Assembly (NCBI GenBank): GCA_964035545.1 | Contig: OZ037767.1 | Location: forward strand, 26,366,628-26,430,627 | DNA from: Bugula neritina | Taxonomy: Eukaryota; Animalia; Bryozoa | Length of the DNA: 64,000 nucleotides | Direction: 5' to 3' | Position numbers and translations under genes: made by a program | Shown: positions 26,913-38,600 of the stretch, piece after piece | How the letters are laid out: each line of letters begins with the position of its first letter | Position numbering within the stretch: the first letter of the stretch is position 1 | The notes under the pieces: generated by a model | The model's input: only the letters and a program-made list of their open reading frames with translations | The model's database searches: none | What the model was told of the DNA's origin: nothing

Positions 26913-29520
26913 GTTGAATAAAAGAAACACATACTAAGTTATTGGAATTATAGAGAAGACGATTACAACAGCTAAACAGTTTTATATGTAGGTAGAACCC
27001 AGAGTTATGATTATATGTTCAATTACATTGTGCTTGGCCCTTATATTGCATTTTATATTATATAGTAGTATTATATTCTCAAATTATATTGAAAACAACC
27101 CACACTATCCCTAAAGCTATGCCTAATGCAAGTGTTACTTGGTAAATGGTACCCTGGATTTACCAAGCTGTCTTTTAACCTTTAAATATACACATATTTG
27201 GCTATCATGATTATGGAGATATATGCAAACATCTTTAACTTCATTTTCAAAAGTCTATGAGCTGTTAGAGAATAACATGTAAATAAAATGTATAAAAAAT
27301 TATTACAATGTTGTATTATTCTGCTATCAATTATAGTTACAGTTATAATGAACCAATTAACATTGGCATTGTTATTAGCTGCAGGACTAATTTATTTAAT
27401 TTTATGTTTCGTTTAATGAATTGTGCCAATTAACATTACTTTTTACATTGTTACTTTTAACAGAGAATTTTTTAACTGTAGATTCATTAGTTTTCTAGCA
27501 TACATATAATTTAAAAAATAATGTCAAATTATAGCCAAAGCAAAATTGCCAAAGGTGACCTTATCAATGAATGGTTTTGCTACTTTAAATTATTTTGGAT
27601 TAATCACATTCAATCATTTCAAAAAACAAATAAATATATCAACCTGCTTGAAAATTTCAAAGTCAAGTGATCAAATTATACAATTTCCATACATTTTGTA
27701 TTCTATTGCGTGCAGAGTTAGCTTTCATTGTTAGAACTAATGATTCTATGTGTAAAAATCTCAAGTATTGTAAAAATCATTCTGAATGAACATCAAACTA
27801 GTAGCACTGCTAGGCCTAATTGCTGCAATGTTAGTATACAGTCACAGCAAGCATGCTGCTGTACTTACTGCAAGGAAGGGTTCAACACTGCATACAGATA
27901 GTAAATATCCATCTGACATAGTAGACTGTAGAAGATCAATACAATTTATGTTCACTCTATCACTATGGAGCAACATTAATCATCACTTTACAGCTCTTTT
28001 ATATCATTTTAATGCAACCTGCAATATTTTTACTTTATATATCTGAATGCTATTTTGCATTCGATACAAATCATGCTATGTTATCATGCAATTTTTTCTT
28101 TCATCAAGTTGTTTCAATTTACATTCATAAGGTTTTGCTGCATAAGTGTAAATAAACATTTCGTGTAACTATATAATATTTGGTCTAAAAATAGTTTATC
28201 ATCAGTTGAGCCAACCCTTTCAGTTGCAAGTATCTGTCTATGTACACTGAATAAACCTCAATAACTATTAGTAATTTAAATGCTATAGAATAGTACATAA
28301 TTATGCACAATTGGAATGCATGTATAGACAGCACTGCAGGTAATACTGCTGCTACATACAGCAAGCATAATGAAGCTAATTGTCACTAATTAGCACATTC
28401 TAGGCTCTCAGTAGATAACAAATCACTTTCAGCTTTACTATTTGGGCTAGTGTCGGTTGTGTTGATTGGTCAATAAAATACTGCAATACTGGCAGGTTTG
28501 ACATGAACATACGATATAAAGTATATAATATAGATACTTGTTGAGCTGATTACTCTGTATTCATATATCCACATATATGGAACTTGTATAACACTATATT
28601 ACCAATTATAATAAAATATTGCTAGTGGAGTATCCAGAGAAAAAGACAAAACTCACAATTACAATGCCACATAGGAACTAAAATAGCAACAAAACTAGAA
28701 TTGTTATAATTCAACAATAATTCAACATATTAGAAAATATAAATATACTGAGAATAAAGAAAGGGCTATACTAATACATAAGTAACTCTACAAAAAAAAA
28801 ACAAAGATAGAAAGTGGGACCACTTATATTTAGAATGTATTGTCAATAAAGAAAGCCTACTGATTACTGTCCATAAAATAAAAACTATTACACAACAAAG
28901 TGAACTACTGCAAAAACAGTGACATTGGGTGGCCGATTAACGCTGGCAAAACATGAGGCACAGAGGTTAAGTTGGTTAACTAGAGTGCAGAATATTGAGC
29001 AGAAAAGATTATAGAAATTTGGCTAAAGGCAGTACTAAGCTACAGCAGTGTTCTTTATAAGTTCAACACTTTAGTAAAACTCTCAGCAATATTACATATG
29101 ATTTACATTAATAATGTAAACTGTTGTTTGAATCATGAGACTGTAGACCTATAGAAACTACACATTCAGACGCAATTTTCCCTTGCAAGTGGGGACAACT
29201 CAAAGTAGACCTGAAGTGCATTATAATAGGAATGTACAAGGAATTAGAAAAGCATGATAGGAATTCTCAAGGTGTTGTACAAATATAAACTTCCTTAAAG
29301 GGGTGGATGTGCAAATAAAATAAAATAACAAAAAATAACATAGAGAAAAAAATTTAAATTAAAAAAAGTTAATTGGCAGTAATCCTAGTAAGTTAATGTA
29401 GAGTTTATTTCCCACTATATTAACTAAAGTGTAATTAATAGGTGTTAACCTGGTGTGTAAAATAACAGAGTTACAACGTAAAGGAAATATTATGAAGATG
29501 AGAAAATGAAGTTATGCGAC

Positions 29521-29633
29521 AAGAACTGGCTAGTGGAGAGAAGCCAGAACTGGCTAGTGAAGAGAAGCCAGAACTGGCTAGTGAAGAGAAACCAGAACTG
29601 GCTAGCGAGGAGAAACTAGAGCTGGCTAGCGAG
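29521..29633. repeat. 21-bp tandem repeat spanning the intersectin stop codon
   Basis: About 5 copies of AGAACTGGCTAGYGRAGAGAARCC-like units. Confidence 0.92.
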
Positions 29634-32600
29634 GCAGTCGAATGCTGGGAACAGGATGTTGTGAACTGTTGTACAGCTGCAAGTCTAACTTGACAACAAT
29701 GTCACCAGTATTCACTTCCTGTAGCCGAGCATATTTCATCACCGGCCCTCTCTTCTCCCGAGTCTCTCGTAATATGTCTTTAACTCTAAGCTCAGTTCGA
29801 CCAAGAAAATCTGCAAAACAATAGCAAGGAATAACAAACTGTGAGAAACTGAAGCTATGTTGCCACTACAGGTTTATAAAACAGAAGCTATACAGAGATA
29901 TTGCCACTACAAAAAAAAAACTTAAAACAAAAAATACTTGCTGAAAGTAAATTTTTTAACAAATAAATGATTGAGTTTTAAGCATTCCCTTACAGCATGG
30001 TTTAAAACTTTACGGCACCAAATAACTTAGCACTATCTGATGTAATTATAAAACGTTCAAATCCCTCTAGAAGCAAAATCTCTTTCCAAATAATATGACC
30101 ATTATTTTATGGTTTGTTCTGGTAGTATGGTGAGAAATCATGTCCCCCAATAGGCAAAGACTCTCCAGCTCAATATAATTAACTTGCTTATATTCTAATA
30201 AATAATAATATATAAATATAAAATCTTTTAATGAGTAAAAAGAGATTTCGGTAAGTAAGAATTATAGCAATCAAGTACCATTAGGAGAAAATCTGTCCTG
30301 ATCAAAGACTGTGAAGCAGAGTACATCGTCTTCTACACTCTTTATAGGAAACTGCATACTGGAGTTCCACTTTGGATTCAGAGTATTTGGTATGACTTTA
30401 GTCTTATGTAGTGTAGTCCCCATACTCACTTCACAGTACGGGTCACTCTTTCCTGTAATATAATATATTTTATAAACATATTCAAGCTACCTTATTCAGT
30501 TATTTGTTTAAAAAAGTGCTTAATTTTTTCATTTCACGAAAAAAAAACAAAGCATCCAACAAAAAACAATTTGATCACCAAAGTAAACGCAGCTTAATTG
30601 TCTGATTACTTTAATAACATGCCTTAAAAATGATGATAAATTTTGTCCCTTTTACTAATGCCCTCAGTCATAATTATAAAGCTCAATAACTGATAAGACT
30701 AATGCATATAAATGCAATGTAAAAACTTGTATTGTATGAAAATACTTTAACCAAACTATACAATATAAGTAAAGCAAGCCACAGTTGAAAATGAAAAAAA
30801 TAACTAAAGCCATGAATTATCAGAAATTATATGATATTTAAAAATTAAAACATGGGACTTGGCAAAAGTTAGGAATCTTTGCAATATTTTAGGTATAGCA
30901 ATTAGAGTTACTTGAAAAAACGAAAGCCGATTGTTTTACTCTTGTTTACTAAAGTTGCAAATCAACGCTATCCTGACAATATTTCAACTGATAGTTAATT
31001 TGCACCAATTTATTGCTTATACAGAATGAAGAATAGAAATATAAAGAATATAAGAAGAAGATGTTAGTATTGTAGTAAGTATACCAGTAGTAGGTTTTAC
31101 ACCAGCCACATCCACTGCTTCTTTTAGAACTAATACTAATCTTCCTACAGGAGATCTGCTCAGAGCTGCCACAACACAAACCAATAAAGTCATCAAATCA
31201 AGCAAAGCACTGTACAACTGCATAGTCTGACGTATCTAGAACTCAGACGTCTCTTGGCCATTTGTTAGAACCAAGGCCATTTGTTAAACAAATTTCAAGA
31301 ATTTGGCGAAAATTCTAGATGATTCACAAACTGCACAGCATAAAACTGTATTGAATTGTATAAACTGCACAGTAATATATCAATTTAAACTTTTCCCAAC
31401 AAAATTTAAAAGTTGAATTCAATACGACTTTTTCCACGACAAAGTTGAAATATTCAGAGACATTGCCTGGGTTCTTAGATAATCAGACTGTGGGTGAGGG
31501 GAGCAAAGTAATGCAAAGCTAGCAAACACATGTCCTGCACAAGGATCTCTTACCATTGGCGTCTGACGCCGTCAGGCCGACGCCTTCCATGACTATGACT
31601 AGTAATCTACCAATTCCTTTGTGGCCAGGGCTGGTCACCACTGTAGCATTTGGTATATTGCACTCATACATGTGTGTATACAGAAAACAGGACGTAATAG
31701 CAGTGACTAATGCAAGAGAATAGCTTGTAGCTCTCAAGAAGATATACATTCTGGTAACATTTGAAAAAAGTCAAGCATGTTTCATGGCAAAGTGACAGTA
31801 TAGCGAACAGCCTATTTTTGGTACACACCCTTAACAAACAGTGTCCCATAAAACAGTGAAACAGTGAAGTTAAAAGCGTGTAGATGTTTTGTAGATGCAA
31901 CACGGTGCGAACTTATGTAAAGAGTCTGTGCCAGTGAATTTAGTTGAGACACTGTTTGAAGCTGAGAGAACTAATCAACTCTTACTAGTTACACTAGAAT
32001 TGCCAATTTTATAAAAGAAGCAAACAAATAACTAGTAATACAGCCAGTAGCTTTGCCAAAAAAAAACAAGTTTCATTTATTTAGCTATTAAATGGATGAT
32101 AAATTTACTAGCAGAGTTGGGAGTAGCAGGTTTTTGTGCTAGTTATATTTACTATATATTGAAGGTAAAAGTGTCTAAACAAGAGACATGACATGACATA
32201 GTGGTGCCTCAGTAGCTGCCTTTATGCCTGCTATCTGTAATTTCGACTTCAATTTCTTGGTTTTTTCAGATCTTGTTGTTTAAAATGGAAGCTGACTATA
32301 AGAGTTTTGAAAAATCACAAAACTGCACATAATTTTCTTTTGGAGCGAAAGATATTTTGGGAGTGAGATGATTAAACTTCACAAAAGCTGCCTTACAATT
32401 TACATTACTCCAATACTACAACTACTACAGCTGCTGCTACTGTTGCTAATGCTGCTATTGTTGCTGCTGCTACAACCGCAACTAAAATCAACTAGTGCCA
32501 CTATAACTACTGAGCTGCTATTACTAGTTCAGTCACAAGATTTTCTGCAACAGATAAAATAATTTTAGCCCTTACATGATTTGGCACGTTCTCTCTTCAC

Positions 32601-35600
32601 TTTCTCCATGGACAGAGCAGTTTCAAAAGCATTGGTTAGTCTTTTCATCCAGGCATTTCTATAAAACATTAATACAGTACTAGCACTTGTATGGTATCAA
32701 ATGGTCAATCCACGCTATAAACGCTATATAACAAAGCAATGCTAAAACAACAACAGTTCATTGCAAAAGATCCAACAACACGAATTTTCAACAAGAATGT
32801 GACTAAAGACTACTATGGAGTTATCAGAATCCCTGTCTCTCTTCAAATACGCCGACAACATGAGTGTTACCTTCAGTTGCTATGGTCTACGTAAGCATAT
32901 GTGCTGATCCCAAATGAAATAACAACATATTATCAAAGAAAATTAACATTTAGTCTAGATACAATTATCTGAAGTATTATATGCTACCCGTATGGCAGGA
33001 GCACTCACTTTTCTGTGGTACTGCTACACTTGAGGTCTATTATATTTTCAATATGGATTAGCTGGAAGCACACATTATCAGTATCGGGCTTCTCCAAGTT
33101 TACTGGTTCTCTCACACTGATTTCATTGAGGAACACAGGCTAAAATTTATATATATAGAATTGAATCAAATTAGCTTAGAATATGATCTTAATTCCTCTG
33201 ACTAGAAATTAGCCCTTGAAATAATTCTCAGCTTTAAGATGTTTTCACTTACAAACTAAAACAAAGATTAACTGTTTACTTTCATGGTGTACAGCTGAGC
33301 TTTTCTACCCATTAAATTCACTATACGTATTTCAACTGCGAGTGTTCCCTTTATCTCTACATAAGTGCAGCAAACATACACATGTGTAAATAATTGGAGT
33401 TTGCTGCTCTTGAAAAGTGTCTTAACATAAATTTGTTACAGAATTTTCAATTTCAAAATACTCAACAACATTGATATCCCAAAAGAAACAGTTATATATA
33501 ATCGGTAACAAAGCACTTGCTTCAGCTTTATACTATGCTTTCAAACTACAAACCATTTTATACATCTTGAATAATACTCCTTTAGCCTCTGGACGAAAAA
33601 CTTTGTCTGTGGAACTGTTGGATACCGGAGTTGTGAAGAGAAGAAAATCATTAAATAAGAAGGTGTAGAGCTCACGGTTTGACCTTGTCTATAACAATGA
33701 AAAGAGTCAGACATCAATGTGCAGCTGCAGTTGAATATATAATGTATGCAAAGCAAAAAAACATGAAATAGCAAAACTTATAAATAACATTCTTAAAAAG
33801 TAACCTAATGAGTATATATTTACTAAAATAATTTCTTTTATAAAATACTTTTTTTCTGCTCGAAACTTAAACATGAAAAGTAGTTATTTTTAAGTTTTAA
33901 CTATGCATTATGTTTTTTATTTTTAACATTTTGACAAGGCCTTGAATGAAATATTTAGTCAATACTATAACAAGTAAATATTCCACAGCTGTGTTAATTA
34001 TATTTGCTTAAAGTTGAAATAATTTTTAGACATGTGAGAACAATGTTTATAGACAAATAATATTTTAAAAATACAAATAAAATTAAAAGAGTATACTGAT
34101 AGGTTTATGACAATTCTAGAAAAAAGTCAACTTTTCTACATGGCTATAGTACTTGGTATATACCTTATAGTACTTGGTACATACCTTATAGTACTTGGTA
34201 CATACCATATAGTACTTGGTACATACCTTATAGTACTTGGTATATACCTTATAGTACTTGGTACATACCTTATAGTACTTGGTATATACCTTATAGTACT
34301 TGGTACATACCTTATAGTACTTGGTACATACCTTATAGTACTTGGTACATACCTTATTCAAAACTCCACTGTATATAAACTTTCTCTGGCCCAGTGCATT
34401 GGTAAGGGAATTGAAATTTATGTGCTAAAATAAAAGTAAATTAATAAATTATACTGGAGATATTTTGGCTATTGCTCAATCTGAACTTTCTACAAACACT
34501 GTAACCATTTATATAGATGAAAAATAAGACAACCATCCCATCCTATAGTAATTTATACTCGACTAATGCGTTGAACGAAACAACTAAAGCTACAGTATAC
34601 CTCAGTTAGACCTTCACAGGACACATGATTCTGAACCCACTCCAACTTGTCGGAGTTGTCTTTCTCTCGCACACCTTCATTCACCTGATTGGCCAATTCC
34701 TGGGCTTTGGTAGAAGCCTCGGTTATATGCTGATAGTCAGGGTGGGTGCTGGGAGTGTATTTCTCTATCTAATTATTAGCCAATCAAATAATTTAATAAA
34801 ATCTATATTAAAGAATGCCTGTAACACTGACATTAAGCTTATTAGGTTTGTTAGCCTTAACTGAAACAACATAAAACACATTAGAACTTACCACAGATTT
34901 AAAATAGTATAAATATTTAATTTGTTGTAAAGAGAGAAGAGAAATTAGAATTAAAAGAAATTTAGTGAAAGCTGCAACACCAAATCAGACTTATGAGAAA
35001 ACGCCATTATCTGTCAGAAAATGAGTGAACAGATAACCAGGCAATTAGTCTTTGATTCTAATCTTACCCTGCTGACTAGAAGTGGGTACTTGGTGATGCG
35101 CTGCATAGGTTTAAGAATATAGCTACTTAACGGCATACCATGCACTCTACTGTCCTGTTGACATTTCTACAAAAACACCAAAAATATCTGCTATTATTCA
35201 TTTTTAGAACATCCTAATAATAAGAAATCTACGTTTAAAATAAACTTAATTTCACGTAGTATTTAAATTTAAATTGATTAAAACTGAATTATATTTTGGC
35301 TTTACTCGAAGCATATTACTTATATTAAACAATTTAGTTATTAGGCTAAAAGAGAGAACAGAGCAACTAGGTAAAGTTTAAAACCTGTTTCAGAATATGA
35401 TGAGTCATGCATAAATAGTTGACTGCCTGAGCACCAATCACAATGAAGCAAATTACTTACTGATATGAATTGTCTCGCCTCACCGTCTGTTTCTACTCTA
35501 CTTTGTAAAAGCTGAGCAGCATGGAGTTGTCTGCTACAGAACCTTATGTATGGAGTCATGTTGGGAAACTGCAACATAATCTATCTACTGTATTAATACA

Positions 35601-38600
35601 ATCCAGTATACCTCATGTCACATGCGACACCAGCTTGTCATGGTGAGATAACTTCTTCAATACCAACAATTGGTTTTACAACTTGTAAACTACACCTTGA
35701 AAAAAGGTACAACATTGAAAAAATCTTCAAACATATTACTTATTTTAAAGAATAAACTATACCTATATGAAAACAAAGATGATGCTCCAGTAAAAATTTC
35801 AACTATAATATGTTAAAGTTTAGTATATGGAACAATATTTTTAGTGCAGCCTCATGATGATTGCCTGTCAAAACCAACCAAGCATCAGTTCTGTTCAACA
35901 TAACAATTTTTTTATTTTGCTCTGTTAATCCACTTTCGTTATGAGACAAAAAACTGCAATGACCATAACAGTTCAATATTACAAGACACAAGAGAGCATG
36001 CACGTATCTCATGCAAAGTCCATCCTTACATTCTCAATAAGAATATCACCAATAACATCCACAGGCTTGTCTTGGCCACATGTGTTCTTCCTCACTTTGA
36101 ATGCACTGCAAACAAAAGGAATTACCTGTATATATAGATAGAATATTATAGTTTCACAATCTTGCATGAAGCCAGAGATAATGATCAGTATCTGTTGGGA
36201 CATTACATGAGCTTGGCAAACTTTTGTTAAATCATTATAGCTTTAATTGCATTCTCATAGCTATGTTAGCTACATTATGTTTTTCTCTGTTGTGATTGGT
36301 TGATATACACCGATTTTGGCTACTACAAAAAAGCTATCTTTTTAGACTATTATAAACCCAGCACTTTCTGTTATTCATCCTCTTTTTTTCATTCAGTTTT
36401 TGATAATAAATACGCATCTATATTTCAAACACAACAGTATCAAACTATTTCAGAGAGAAGGCAAATATTGTCTCCCTCCGCGTATTATAACACGCCCATA
36501 TTATACACTAGTATCAAGTAATCACGAATAGAATCATGGGATTGGTAAGCTACACACTTGACTAGCTTCCTGTTACAGTGAATGAGCTCCCTCCAGTTAA
36601 CAAATATGGCCTCCAGTTCACTTTCCGGCATAGCTTTGCTTTCTTTCAGCGGCTTGTAAAACACCTTTGAATAAAAATTTTAAAGTGAAATAGCGCATAG
36701 GTCTGACTAAGCTTTAGGTACAATTAATTCGATTTGAAAGGAGTTACCTCTTCTCATGCAGAAGACGAGCTAGGAAAAATGTGTTGAAAATTAAAGTATT
36801 AGTGGTATACGAGTATTTCAAAATTAATTAAATTTTATCTGTGGGAGATTTAAACGGCCTCTAAACGAAACGACCTCTTTTCACTGACCTCTAAAGCTAT
36901 GACCATATCCTCAACATATGTTTTTTCTGTATTAATGAGCTCTTCAATAGCTTGCTGTCTCTTCTTCTCATCTTCTGTTACTAATTTGATAAGAGGTAAA
37001 GCAAGCATGTTACACTTCATATTATGGAGTTATCTCACCAGTGTTAATAAACAAGTGCCTCCAGGACACGATACATGGAACTAAGCCAGTTCTCAATCCA
37101 TAAGTCAGTGCTTAGACTACCTAAAGCATGGCAGATTACAGCAGGTACTCTATACCACCCTATCTAATAACTTTGTTTGGAAATAGTTTAGTTGGGCAAC
37201 TCAAGATATTTGGCTGATTTCAGCAACCGACAACCCATTAATAATATCCACATGATAAAATCATGTTTAAATTGTCTACCATACTGCATTCAAGAATTCT
37301 ATAGGACATTGTATTTGAATCTGTAAAACGGTATAGTTAACATAAAACATTGACTAAACATAAACTCAAAAGGAATTTTACACCATGTTTAAAAGACTAT
37401 TATTTGGTCAATAAAATTATATCGTGCATACAATAAAAGTCCTCATCACACATATATTATGCCAGATTTAATATAGTATTGTATTCCATCACCAGCAACT
37501 TAGACATTTTACGAGTAAATAATAATAAAAGCAGATAATCCATAAAACTGTAAATATAAGGAGTAGAATATATTTAGGGACAACATCAATAATTCTCCAG
37601 CTATATAATATAAACCGCTCTATTGAGAATATGACTTCTACCGTACTCAGTGCCATGTTACCTTTCAGTTCAACAAGAACATTTTAGTTGATCTATTAGT
37701 TGTCAAGTCAAGATTTTACAGACCGTCGTTAGAAGAAAGGTTAGTTTTGAAATCGGCAACAGACTTTAAGGTTAAAGAAGTCAGACTCACAATAGAGAGT
37801 GCAATAAAACCCATCATGTTAGGAAGTCAAATAGGGATTGCGAGTGAAAGTTACATACGCTAAGCAATTATAGTTCTTCTTTCAGAACAATTTATAGAAG
37901 ATGACTTTAGTGGAACTGAAAGCGAGACCGGAATACAGTCAACATTCTACTCACAACCCATATTTGCTCAATAAGCAGACCAATATCGTTAACTAACTCA
38001 ATTAACCATAAAAAATAACAAGCATTATTCAAGAGCAAAAATAATTGCAAACCAATAGTTGCATCTTTGGACAAAAGCTGATGATATTTAGTGTATGAAC
38101 TTATTTTACACGAGTGTAAAGGAAGGGGCGTATTACAGTTTATTTTATAAAACATTATCTTGCCAAATGAGCAAATATGATTGGCAGCTTTAGACCAATC
38201 AGAATGAAGTTGAGTAGAATGTGAACCAATCACAGCCCCGACACAGCATCCGCTAAAGTTTCCTCACCACAGTTTAAGCTACAAAATTATGAGTGTGAGT
38301 GATAAGCAGTGTGAAAAAAGTGAAACCGAAAAATTTGGTGTATGTGTGTATAAATATTGGACCAACAAAACAGAAGAAAAGACCAACTCACATGGTTCTG
38401 TGTACATTTGAACGTAATTGGCCGGAAAAACACCGGAGACATCGCCTAATTGGCCCATCCACCAATCAGGGTCGTTTTTATTGAGTATAGTAATAACATC
38501 TCCTTGGTTGAAAGTCAGCTCATCATCATTCTGTGCAGTATAGGGGTAGGAAGCCACAACTTTAGCTACAAGAATTACTTGGTTATGATACACGAGGGCC

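Noticed and set aside
32871-32903. 33-nt candidate exon CAG|CACATA...GAAG|GTAAC in an intersectin PH intron
   Set aside because: It has an in-frame TGA and a weak pyrimidine tract. It could be a poison exon but is unsupported.
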